Shown one piece after another: positions 15,727 to 23,953 of a stretch of DNA of 33,763 bases. The translations under genes were made by a program, and so were the position numbers. The number at the start of each line of letters is the position of its first letter. The stretch's first letter is position 1. The notes beneath the pieces are model-generated. The model did not search any database and was not told the origin of the DNA. It saw nothing but the letters and a program-made list of their open reading frames with translations. Origin of the DNA: a virus (lineage: Duplodnaviria; Heunggongvirae; Uroviricota; Caudoviricetes); the IMG/VR virus record IMGVR_UViG_3300042946_001496; one strand, 5' to 3'.

Positions 15727-15996
15727 GGCCCAGTAGCTCAACAGATAGAGCAACAGCCTTTAAAAATGGAGTGCTTAAAGGGAAACCTTTAAAGTATAAT
15801 CGCTTAAATTCGGTGAAGGCTTAACTGCTAATACCGAGCCAAACCTAGAAATAGGAAGGTGTAGAGACTTAACAGGCGACACCTAAGACTGAAAAGTTAT
15901 GGTGAAGATAAAGTCCAGACCACAAATCGAAAGAGTAGCGAAAGCTATAGTGGTAAGCTAAGCTGTAGGTTCCAGGTGCAAATCCTGGCTGGGTCA
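15727..15996 (+). tRNA. trnR: tRNA-Arg(UCU), intron-split
   Basis: Exons 15727-15760 and 15958-15996: GGCCCAG/CTGGGTC, ACAGC/GCTGT, loop CT TCT AA, CCAGG/CCTGG. Atypical D-loop (single G) and TGC T-loop. Confidence 0.85.
15761..15957 (+). mobile_element. Group I intron (197 nt) inserted after U34
   Basis: Same core as the first intron; P7 gactt/aagtc (compensatory change); last 46 nt identical to intron 1; terminal G. Confidence 0.92.
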
Positions 15997-16554
15997 CTTT
16001 TTTTCATGTATTTCTCGGTGGCAATTAGCACAAAGCAACATACATTTATCCAATTCTTTCTTAACAACCTCATTAAATTTATATCTTTTAAGTTTTGAGG
16101 GTGTAAAATCTTTTTCTTTTGGATCTATGTGATGAAATTCTAGTGCTCCCATACACCTATCATATCCACCTAAGACTGTGCAATTAGGATTTTGACACTT
16201 TCCACCTTTATATTCAACCATCTGTATCTTTAATTTTCTAAGTCTTCCCAGGGTTTGTTTGCCTGTACATTCCTTACAGTAAACAGAAGATCCTTTAACT
16301 CCCCGCCTTTGATAAAAATTTGATCTATTGTGTGTTTCGCCACAATTAGGGCAATATTTTTTTGTTTTTGTGTTTGTTTCACCATTACCAGCAATTTTAT
16401 TAAAAATTTCTTCTGAAAAATTTTTAAAATTAGGCGTAAGTTTATGTTTTTTAACCCAATATCTCACTGTGGTCAAAGACTTGTTCTCCAGTTTTGTTAT
16501 TTGGTGAAGTGATAAACCAGAGTCTAAATGTTTTTTTAATGTTTCGTATTTCAT
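15994..16554 (-). CDS. Free-standing HNH endonuclease with N-terminal HTH-like and zinc-finger regions
   Basis: YKGGKC..C..GYDRCMGALEFHH.DP..KDF...ELDKCMLLCANCHREIH; ATG 16554 preferred to the track start 16788, which overlaps NADAR. Confidence 0.9.
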   Translation of the reverse strand: MKYETLKKHLDSGLSLHQITKLENKSLTTVRYWVKKHKLTPNFKNFSEEIFNKIAGNGETNTKTKKYCPNCGETHNRSNFYQRRGVKGSSVYCKECTGKQTLGRLRKLKIQMVEYKGGKCQNPNCTVLGGYDRCMGALEFHHIDPKEKDFTPSKLKRYKFNEVVKKELDKCMLLCANCHREIHEKK

Positions 16555-16608
16555 ATAATTATATAGTATAATGGATAAAATTTTTTCACCATCCATTAAG
16601 CTAAAAAA

Positions 16609-17073
16609 ATGAGCAAATACAAATTTTTCTACAATGGTATCTTTTCTCAATGGCATAAAAGCTCTTTTGAGATTGATAATATTCAGTATAATTGTGCTGA
16701 ACAATACATGATGCACCAAAAGGCATTGCTTTTTGGTGATTTTGAAATTGCTGAAAAGATTATGGAGGCAGAACATCCTCGTGATCAAAAAGCTTTAGGG
16801 CGACAGGTAAAGAATTTTGATGTTAATGTTTGGAACGAAAAAGCAAGAGATATTGTCTATAAAGGCAATTATGCTAAATTCAAGAAAGATCCTCTGCTTC
16901 TTAGTGCTTTGCTAGAAACTTCTGGCACATTAGTTGAAGCAAGCCCATATGATTGTGTTTGGGGAATCGGCTTGTCTATGAATGACGAGCGTATTCATGA
17001 TCCTAAAAATTGGCTTGGAACTAATTGGTTGGGTGAGGTTTTGACAAAACTTCGTGATGATTTTAAATCATAA
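16609..17073 (+). CDS. NADAR family protein (YbiA-like)
   Basis: FSQWH, CAEQYMM.QKA.LFGD, KALGRQV.NF, LVEASPYD.VWGIG, N.LG..L..LR. Confidence 0.93.
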   Translation: MSKYKFFYNGIFSQWHKSSFEIDNIQYNCAEQYMMHQKALLFGDFEIAEKIMEAEHPRDQKALGRQVKNFDVNVWNEKARDIVYKGNYAKFKKDPLLLSALLETSGTLVEASPYDCVWGIGLSMNDERIHDPKNWLGTNWLGEVLTKLRDDFKS

Positions 17074-17091
17074 TTAGAAAAAGTTTATACA

Positions 17092-17553
17092 ATGAAAAAG
17101 ATTCTTGATGAAAACCAACGTCAGGCTCTTCAACGACTTGCTGATAGATCAGCACTTGGACCGAGTGTGTGGCAGGCTCTTGATCTGGTTAATTCTATAC
17201 TAACATCAGTAGATGCAGCAGAAAAGCGTCTCGCAGAGCTAGAACCTAAAGATTTGAGAACAGAAGAAGTAACCTTGAAGGTAACATATGACAATAATGT
17301 TGTAAAAACAGCAGAAGTTGTGGAAGAGCTAAAGAAGGCTATGCAGAGTCTTCCTTTTAGTGTTGATGCAATCTCTCTTGTGGTAGCACCATCCCCCGGA
17401 GAAGGATTCCGCTATGTTAATGTTGGAGAAGTTTTGAACAAGGATGATCAATTCAGAAGCTCCGATGGAGAGTGGTTTGGTCTGTTACAGTGCGGGTATT
17501 TGACCCATAGTTTGGGTTGCCCCGATCATCAGCGATATCGTCGTAAGCTTTAA
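17092..17553 (+). CDS. Hypothetical protein
   Basis: 153-aa ORF. Confidence 0.75.
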   Translation: MKKILDENQRQALQRLADRSALGPSVWQALDLVNSILTSVDAAEKRLAELEPKDLRTEEVTLKVTYDNNVVKTAEVVEELKKAMQSLPFSVDAISLVVAPSPGEGFRYVNVGEVLNKDDQFRSSDGEWFGLLQCGYLTHSLGCPDHQRYRRKL

Positions 17554-17556
17554 TAA

Positions 17557-17802
17557 ATGTTAACCTTATCTTTTATCATTAACAACCCTTTTTGGGTTAA
17601 CAAACGCTTTGAAAACCTGCTTTGCCTTAGTGGTAAAACTTGGTTAGAACATAAATTTTGGGAATTTGAAGTTTTAAAAGAAAGTTGTTTGTTTGCTATA
17701 AACATTAGATCAACCATTAAAAAAGATCATGCAGGATTGAGTATTCTGTTTGGACTGCTTGGATACTCCGTAGAATATACGAATCGCCAGAAGCATTTTT
17801 AG
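17557..17802 (+). CDS. Hypothetical protein
   Basis: 81-aa ORF. Confidence 0.65.
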   Translation: MLTLSFIINNPFWVNKRFENLLCLSGKTWLEHKFWEFEVLKESCLFAINIRSTIKKDHAGLSILFGLLGYSVEYTNRQKHF

Positions 17803-17974
17803 TAGATTTTTAAAATGCTTGTAAAGAAAATAAAAAAAATCCTAGGAATTTTGTTTTTGCTGGCAAGGAGTGGGAGGCAGATTCATTTTGGAACTTGAAT
17901 TATACTACAAAGCCAATTTTAGTTGATGAGTTTTTTCCACCAGAAATATTCACTGTTGATGAAAGGCACAAATA

Positions 17975-18247
17975 ATGAAGTGTTCTACTTGTAAGTTTTG
18001 GACTCTCCCTGAACAGGATGATAATGCAGGCTGGATGGACGGAGTAGGAACCTGCAAGGCTGTTGTACCCATTTGGCAAGCTAATTCACATGACAATGCC
18101 GATCAGGGGCTCACGATCGTCACTGGCTACGATGATGAGGATGTTTTTGATATTCCATTAGCATTTGTTGCGGATGGCAGTGCTGCACTAAAAACCAAGG
18201 GTGATTTCTCATGCTGTTTGTATGAGGATAAAGAACTACCATCATGA
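17975..18247 (+). CDS. Cys-rich hypothetical protein
   Basis: MKCSTCKFW...GTC...DFSCCLYE. Confidence 0.7.
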   Translation: MKCSTCKFWTLPEQDDNAGWMDGVGTCKAVVPIWQANSHDNADQGLTIVTGYDDEDVFDIPLAFVADGSAALKTKGDFSCCLYEDKELPS

Positions 18248-18471
18248 ACAAAGAACAAAAATTAATTGACCTCTTGTTTGAAATGGTGTTAGCATCAACA
18301 AACGATACAGTATTTTGTAAAAAGCCAAGAGGCGAAAGAATGGCTTGGGTTGCAAACAACCTAAGGACAGCTGGATTTGATACTCATCCTATTGGATGTA
18401 GTTGGGGAGTTTTGGTTGATAATGTTTTTAGAGAAAAGATTGAAGTAAACACAACAAATCTAGATAACTGA
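18244..18471 (+). CDS. Hypothetical protein
   Basis: 75 aa; ATG overlaps the upstream stop. Confidence 0.7.
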   Translation: MNKEQKLIDLLFEMVLASTNDTVFCKKPRGERMAWVANNLRTAGFDTHPIGCSWGVLVDNVFREKIEVNTTNLDN

Positions 18472-18622
18472 AGGGACAGCGTTAGAGCTTATAAAGTACA
18501 TTCTTGGAGTGGAAAGTACACGTCGGAGTTTCTTTTCCCTGGCTCTTTAACTGATATTGCACATCCAAACGCCTCTAATCATCTTTATCCCGATACTATT
18601 AACGCTGTAGTAATTCATTAAT

Positions 18623-19228
18623 ATGAGTCTTTTATCATCTTTTGATGACTTTCCTTTAACCTTTGAAAAAGCAGAAATAAAAACTGAAAAAAGAAGCTGT
18701 ACTGGCGTTTTTATTTACGTCAATTCCGGTGCAGCACAGAGTAAAACACTACTCTGTGAGGGTGAAGAATTAAACTTGCCAAAAGAAATTCTTATAACCG
18801 AAAAATGGCAAGCCTATACAGAAAATTGCCTCCAACTTTCTAACATTTTGTTAAGTTGCAATGATAAAAGTATGTTACTGAATATAGATCTTCTTTATTC
18901 AAGTTGTTGTGATTATATTAATGATTACATTTTTGATCCAATTACAAGACTAGTTGTCCACTTTAAAAGTAGAGATAGTAGTTTTGGCAAGTTCGAACGT
19001 ATTGATGTAAGACTTTTAACCGAAGAGGAAAAAAAAGAAAAGCTAACTAGTGTTTGCTACGCTGCTTTTGAACAAAACGTTGTTTTGCCAAAGGTAATTT
19101 ATGAAGAAGCTTATAGTTCAATCGAACTGCTTAAAGATTCACTAGAAAAACTATCCGGGGGCAGTGACTACGCCCAGCTTGTTATAAATTTATTTGATAA
19201 TACAAACAACAACTCTTGCAGTTCCTAA
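18623..19228 (+). CDS. LxSF-leader protein (singleton, 201 aa)
   Basis: MSLLSSFDDF. Confidence 0.75.
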   Translation: MSLLSSFDDFPLTFEKAEIKTEKRSCTGVFIYVNSGAAQSKTLLCEGEELNLPKEILITEKWQAYTENCLQLSNILLSCNDKSMLLNIDLLYSSCCDYINDYIFDPITRLVVHFKSRDSSFGKFERIDVRLLTEEEKKEKLTSVCYAAFEQNVVLPKVIYEEAYSSIELLKDSLEKLSGGSDYAQLVINLFDNTNNNSCSS

Positions 19229-19274
19229 AAGCTAAATCCAACCACCGCATCAGTTGCCGAGGTAAGAGAAAAAT

Positions 19275-19547
19275 ATGGTCTTTGAATTTGAAATGAACGA
19301 ACAGCAGTTGCGTTTAGCCTTAGATGCTATTGAGAAAGCTAAAGAAAAAGGTTTTTCTCATGCAAATGCTGTTTTGCGTATTACCGGTATGAAAGAAGAT
19401 GGAACAGACGTTTCTGCTTCTTTTTTAGGTCATATTATCTTGAAAGCTCACCCGGAAGATCCTAACCAAAATTGGGGTCGCAGTACCGTTGAAATGCTCA
19501 AATACGAAAGATGCTTAGATGGTAAGTTTGTTGCAGAGTCGGATTGA
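19275..19547 (+). CDS. Hypothetical protein
   Basis: 90-aa ORF. Confidence 0.7.
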   Translation: MVFEFEMNEQQLRLALDAIEKAKEKGFSHANAVLRITGMKEDGTDVSASFLGHIILKAHPEDPNQNWGRSTVEMLKYERCLDGKFVAESD

Positions 19548-19556
19548 ACAAAACCA

Positions 19557-19736
19557 ATGAAAACTCTAATAACGATAGAAGTTGAAAACGAAATCGGAAA
19601 TCCCTCCGTTAAAGAAATAGAATCTTTTGTCAAACAAGTCATAGAAAAAGGACTTGTTGGGAATTTTGACATACACAAGCATTGTCCAATAAGTGGTATA
19701 TCTCTAAGAATTTTAAACGTAGAAAGAAAAGAATGA
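19557..19736 (+). CDS. Hypothetical protein (59 aa, not in track)
   Basis: MKTLITIEVE...ERKE*; ATGA-coupled to 19733. Confidence 0.6.
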   Translation: MKTLITIEVENEIGNPSVKEIESFVKQVIEKGLVGNFDIHKHCPISGISLRILNVERKE

Positions 19737-19936
19737 ACGACTTAATTGAAGCACTTCAGATTTTTTCAAAGTATACTCAAGACAGATATCCAACCTATTG
19801 TGAACATGACTGTTTAAATGTTGTGATAGACTGCGATATTGTTTCTGATGAAGATAAAACTAAGCTTGAAAAGCTAGGTTTTCATGCACATGAGATCGAG
19901 AAAAAGTTTTATTCTTTTAGATTTGGAAGTTGTTAA
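19733..19936 (+). CDS. Hypothetical protein
   Basis: MNDLIEALQIF...SFRFGSC; ATG 19733 preferred. Confidence 0.7.
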   Translation: MNDLIEALQIFSKYTQDRYPTYCEHDCLNVVIDCDIVSDEDKTKLEKLGFHAHEIEKKFYSFRFGSC

Positions 19937-20040
19937 TGAGTAACTCTTATAATGCTCACACTCAATTTTGTGTTCAAGTAGATTGTAAACATCCTGCGTA
20001 GTATGTTTGGAATTGAAGCAATTAAATTAGAAAGTAAAAA

Positions 20041-20463
20041 ATGGCTACTAAGAAGGCAACGACAACCAAGAAAAAGAAACCTGTTTCTGCTAAGAAGCCT
20101 ATTGCAAAAAAGAACGTTCTTATTTCTGCAAAAGAAGCTCTAAACATTACCAATGAATACAAAAAAGATAAAAGTAAAAAACTATTCATTAACATTCAAA
20201 AGTTAGTTGATAGTTCTTTAGATGTTATCAGTAAAGAAATTATTCATGCTGCTAACATGGGTTTAGATTTTGTTGTTTTAGACGGCAATCATGGCGTTCT
20301 CTTTTTTAAAGATAAAGATTCTTTTTCTTGGGAAGAAGAAAAATCACTAGCGTTTGACAAGGTGGTTAGTATATTGGAAGATAACGATTACGATGTGAAT
20401 TGGGACAAGGATGTTAGTGGTCCATTTCGTGGACCACTCGGGTTTACAATTAGATGGGAGTGA
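20041..20463 (+). CDS. Hypothetical protein with Lys/Ala-rich N-terminal tail
   Basis: MATKKATTTKKKKPVSAKKPIAKK. Confidence 0.75.
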   Translation: MATKKATTTKKKKPVSAKKPIAKKNVLISAKEALNITNEYKKDKSKKLFINIQKLVDSSLDVISKEIIHAANMGLDFVVLDGNHGVLFFKDKDSFSWEEEKSLAFDKVVSILEDNDYDVNWDKDVSGPFRGPLGFTIRWE

Positions 20464-20466
20464 ATA

Positions 20467-20640
20467 ATGAAATGTCCACACTGTGAGTATGAGGAATTTA
20501 ATAAAGTGAACGGACGTTGGGAGATTAACGCAAAAGGAGAATTCTATTATCTTCCAATTGAGATGGAAAGCAAAGATAAAGATCGTCGCAAGGTAGTTGG
20601 TTGCCCAAATTGCTTTAAGATTTTTATGAAAGATTATTGA
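20467..20640 (+). CDS. Small zinc-ribbon protein (57 aa, not in track)
   Basis: MKCPHC...GCPNC. Confidence 0.7.
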   Translation: MKCPHCEYEEFNKVNGRWEINAKGEFYYLPIEMESKDKDRRKVVGCPNCFKIFMKDY

Positions 20641-20644
20641 TTTT

Positions 20645-20920
20645 ATGAGACTTTATCTTTATCACTGGATGGGTAGAAATTTAACTGATGAAGAAATCCC
20701 TGGAGTTTTCAGTCAAGGAAAACCAAAAAACCCAAAAGCTAAACAAAATCTTCAATGGGTAGAAGTTCTTGATTTTTCAAGTTTCGTTTTAAATCTAACC
20801 AACAAGTTTGATGTTATGTTGGTTGGAGAGCAAGAATTTAAAAATATCGAAGAACTTCCAGAAGGCAAATATCATTGCGTATATCTGGACGATAAAGGCA
20901 AGCTGTTTAAGCAAAGATAA
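20645..20920 (+). CDS. Hypothetical protein
   Basis: 91-aa ORF. Confidence 0.7.
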   Translation: MRLYLYHWMGRNLTDEEIPGVFSQGKPKNPKAKQNLQWVEVLDFSSFVLNLTNKFDVMLVGEQEFKNIEELPEGKYHCVYLDDKGKLFKQR

Positions 20921-20926
20921 TGCAGA

Positions 20927-21124
20927 ATGAATAAAGATCTTTTACTTTCTTTTGAAAATTTTACCTGCAATCGCTGTTCTTGTAATGGCACAATCAAAGA
21001 AATTATAGACTTGAATTGGTTCAAAAAAGGCTTTAAAATTGTTTATATTAACTGCAAAAATTGCAGATATGAATGGACTTTGTTGAAAAGAAATAAAGAC
21101 AACAATGATTCAAGTGTATTGTGA
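20927..21124 (+). CDS. LxSF-leader zinc ribbon, family D
   Basis: MNKDLLLSFENFTCNRC...DLNW.KKG...CKNC; paralog of 24988. Confidence 0.8.
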   Translation: MNKDLLLSFENFTCNRCSCNGTIKEIIDLNWFKKGFKIVYINCKNCRYEWTLLKRNKDNNDSSVL

Positions 21125-21194
21125 CGTACCTTTACACGATGGCTAACCTATTGTTCAAATTTTTGAAATAACAAGTTAGTGGAGAGGTTGAATT

Positions 21195-21515
21195 ATGGAT
21201 GCTTTAAAATGGTTCAAAGCAAACCCGAAAGCAGATTTTGCACCAAATGCTTTTGATTCTAAGAAAGATGCTATTAAGAGCATAAAAAAATTGTATGCAT
21301 TAGGAGCAAAAGTAGAAATTAATCTTGAAGATGAAGACTATGAAGATGAAATGATAATTATTATGCCGTCTGGTTTGAGTAAAAAACTCGATGTAGTGTC
21401 GTATATTTTTTCGGATTGCTTTCCAATGCCAGATGAAATTAGTCCAGCAACATCGTCCAATATTGGAAAGGTTGATTGGAAAAAAGATAAATTAGTTCGA
21501 TTGTGGTGGGATTAA
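21195..21515 (+). CDS. Hypothetical protein
   Basis: 106 aa, GAGG upstream, ends LWWD. Confidence 0.75.
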   Translation: MDALKWFKANPKADFAPNAFDSKKDAIKSIKKLYALGAKVEINLEDEDYEDEMIIIMPSGLSKKLDVVSYIFSDCFPMPDEISPATSSNIGKVDWKKDKLVRLWWD

Positions 21516-21521
21516 TCAAAA

Positions 21522-21851
21522 ATGAAAACCCTTGATCAAGTAATTAATGAACTTTCTGTTATTCGTGATAAGGTTGGCGGAAATGTTCAAGTGTTTTTTG
21601 ATAAAAATGGTGCCGATGATGGTCCGCGATCAATCACAAGTATAAAGATCACCGGTTATTTCTATCAACTAGATCCGATAGACAACGAGCGATACATTGA
21701 ATGGATTGAAAATTATGAGGAATATGCCGACGCCAACAAAATAAGTATTAAAAACTCAGATGCACTCGATACTTTTAACGACAAAAAAGTCTACAAGCTA
21801 GTGGAGCTTTACTCGGATAGAAGAGGGTGTTTGTTCGACACCTTAGAATAA
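21522..21851 (+). CDS. Hypothetical protein with internal LDTFNDKK
   Basis: 109-aa ORF. Confidence 0.7.
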   Translation: MKTLDQVINELSVIRDKVGGNVQVFFDKNGADDGPRSITSIKITGYFYQLDPIDNERYIEWIENYEEYADANKISIKNSDALDTFNDKKVYKLVELYSDRRGCLFDTLE

Positions 21852-21865
21852 AGGCAGTTTTTATC

Positions 21866-22132
21866 ATGGCTTGGCAAGCACAAGGATTATGGGGGTTTCT
21901 TGAAAATGAAACTATTGAAGAAAAATATGAGTGGAGAAAAGAAGAAAGAGAATTTGCTTGTTGTTATGTTTGCTATTACTTGAACAAAGAAATAGGTTTT
22001 ATTCCAATTGTGTACTCTGCCAGTGACGAAGAGTGGGTTAATTGGTGGAATCAAGCATACAAAAGACACAAAGATTTAACACTTAAAATTTTAATATACG
22101 AAATTATAGATCGTCACAAAAACAAACTATGA
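21866..22132 (+). CDS. Hypothetical protein
   Basis: ATG 21866 in ORF 21827-22132. Confidence 0.65.
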   Translation: MAWQAQGLWGFLENETIEEKYEWRKEEREFACCYVCYYLNKEIGFIPIVYSASDEEWVNWWNQAYKRHKDLTLKILIYEIIDRHKNKL

Positions 22133-22488
22133 AATTCAAGCAAGCCAAAGATGATTTAAACAATGGTTTGATCTACAGATCAACCTCAGAAAATGACTTA
22201 GTTGAAATAGGAGTATACAAAGTAATTTTTGGTTGGAGAGTAAGAGCAGGCTTTTGTGGTTCATCTGTTTGTGAATTAGACTGGTGTGGAGGAGCAGAAT
22301 GGAAGGATGTTGAAAGGCTTTACTCTTTATGTGTTGCTATTCTTTCTAAGAAAGAAGAAAACTCTTTTTGTTTTGATGGAGTTCCTCCGTACTCAAACAA
22401 GAAGCCGTTTTTTTCAGATAAAGCATTTCTTGAAACTTGTGCTAATTTAGCTGGTGATTTTTCTCTTTTGTCTCTTTCTAGGGATTGA
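22129..22488 (+). CDS. Hypothetical protein
   Basis: 119-aa coupled ORF. Confidence 0.7.
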   Translation: MKFKQAKDDLNNGLIYRSTSENDLVEIGVYKVIFGWRVRAGFCGSSVCELDWCGGAEWKDVERLYSLCVAILSKKEENSFCFDGVPPYSNKKPFFSDKAFLETCANLAGDFSLLSLSRD

Positions 22489-22491
22489 TGT

Positions 22492-22692
22492 ATGATGAAT
22501 GCAAAAGATATCTACGAAAAGTTTAAGGATACTATTGAGCCTCTTTCTGATGAGGAGCTTGATTATATCATTAAGCACTTTACCGACCTATCAGACAAAC
22601 TATCTTTGGGTCCGCGTTTTGCATTTGCAAGAAACGAAGTCGTTCAATGCTTGTATACTTTTGAAAGATGGAAGGCATCAAGGAAATCTTAA
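22492..22692 (+). CDS. Hypothetical protein
   Basis: 66-aa ORF. Confidence 0.65.
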   Translation: MMNAKDIYEKFKDTIEPLSDEELDYIIKHFTDLSDKLSLGPRFAFARNEVVQCLYTFERWKASRKS

Positions 22693-22744
22693 TATGCAAT
22701 ACACCCCTGAGGGCAAATAAAGCTTGTTTATGCATAAATAATTT

Positions 22745-23572
22745 ATGCGATTTACAACAACAGGCAAAATAGATCCGAGCAGTATTGCAGACCTTTGGTT
22801 TAAGAGTAAACCAAAGGATAATTCTCGTACCAACGAAATGGAAATGTATGAATTTGTTGGAGCATTAAGCAATACTAAAACAAATATTGATTTCATAGCC
22901 ATTGGTATGCTTCTTGGCGGTCATATTAATGATGAAGTTGTTTATGATAAAATGTTAAGTGACAACCTTTTAAAAGGTCAATATAGCAATTTAGAAAAAG
23001 CTTTTGGAGTAATTTCTTTAAATAGAAGTAGTTACATTCAAGCTTTTATTGCAAAAGAAGATAAGAAAGATGAATGGACTGGTGATGTTTTATTTATAAT
23101 GCCTCCTATGTTATACGAAGAACAAGACAGACATATGTTTTTTTCAACAGTTCAACATGAACTAAGACACGCATTAGATTTTGTAGATTTTAACAATAAG
23201 CCAATTAAAAGTGATTATATGAAACCTCAACTTGACGGTAGTTATGAAGTAGACATTGATCTTTATTCAAGACATGTCTCAGAAGCAAGAGCACATTCAG
23301 ATCAAGCGGTAGTTTTGATCAAAAAACTAGGCAAAGAAGAGGCTAAGAATGTTATCAAAAACAGTCGGTTTAGCCTCGCCAGCGATGAAATGAGAGAAGC
23401 TATGGTTCTATTGATTGACAAATTGGCAGAAGAAGCTGTAAAAGAGAACTTGGCTCCTGTTGCAGTAGTTTCTAAAGCAGAAGACTCTGAATCCAGAGAG
23501 CTAGTTAATCATTTAACTAAAATTCTTGAACTTTTCCGGTTTAGAAATTTCATTCATTTTAAGCAAAAATGA
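22745..23572 (+). CDS. HExxH-containing putative zinc metallopeptidase-fold protein
   Basis: STVQHELRHALD with a downstream E (SEARAH); CATAAATA 4 nt before the ATG. Confidence 0.6.
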   Translation: MRFTTTGKIDPSSIADLWFKSKPKDNSRTNEMEMYEFVGALSNTKTNIDFIAIGMLLGGHINDEVVYDKMLSDNLLKGQYSNLEKAFGVISLNRSSYIQAFIAKEDKKDEWTGDVLFIMPPMLYEEQDRHMFFSTVQHELRHALDFVDFNNKPIKSDYMKPQLDGSYEVDIDLYSRHVSEARAHSDQAVVLIKKLGKEEAKNVIKNSRFSLASDEMREAMVLLIDKLAEEAVKENLAPVAVVSKAEDSESRELVNHLTKILELFRFRNFIHFKQK

Positions 23573-23745
23573 ACAAACTTTTTGAAAGTTTTGAATCAGA
23601 ATACTTTTGTCCTAAATGTGCTCAAAAACTTGTCACTAGTCTTTTTAAAGGTGCTGGAGTCAAGATAGTTGAATGTTCTAAGTGCAATTACTGTTCTGGT
23701 TTAGAGTATCACAAAGTGTTTTATGACAAAAAGAAGAAAGATTGA
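23569..23745 (+). CDS. Near-LxSF-leader zinc ribbon (58 aa, not in track)
   Basis: MNKLFESFESEYFCPKC...ECSKC. Confidence 0.7.
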   Translation: MNKLFESFESEYFCPKCAQKLVTSLFKGAGVKIVECSKCNYCSGLEYHKVFYDKKKKD

Positions 23746-23953
23746 CAAAATAACTATCGATAACAAAATGTTCTCAGACGAGGATTGGAGAGCATTTGTT
23801 ATTTGCGTAGATGAAGAAGGTAATTATTGGGAGCTTCGTGCTATTTCAGCCGACAATCCAACAAAGGCTTTAGAAAACGCTTTAGAAGCCTTTAACGAAG
23901 AAGACTGGACTGTTTACGGTTACACTATAGACCGTTACAGGACACACAAATGA
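23723..23953 (+). CDS. Hypothetical protein
   Basis: 76-aa ORF. Confidence 0.6.
   Translation: MTKRRKIDKITIDNKMFSDEDWRAFVICVDEEGNYWELRAISADNPTKALENALEAFNEEDWTVYGYTIDRYRTHK

Noticed and set aside
15727-15996. tRNA-Ser(GCU) via an alternative splice site
   Set aside because: It would leave the intron without a terminal G, break homology with intron 1, and there is no long variable arm.
16555-16788. N-terminal extension of the HNH ORF
   Set aside because: It overlaps the NADAR gene antisense; ATG 16554 fits the divergent intergenic gap.
17803-17974. Additional gene
   Set aside because: An open frame ends at 17974 but has no start codon; probably a fragment and too weak to call.
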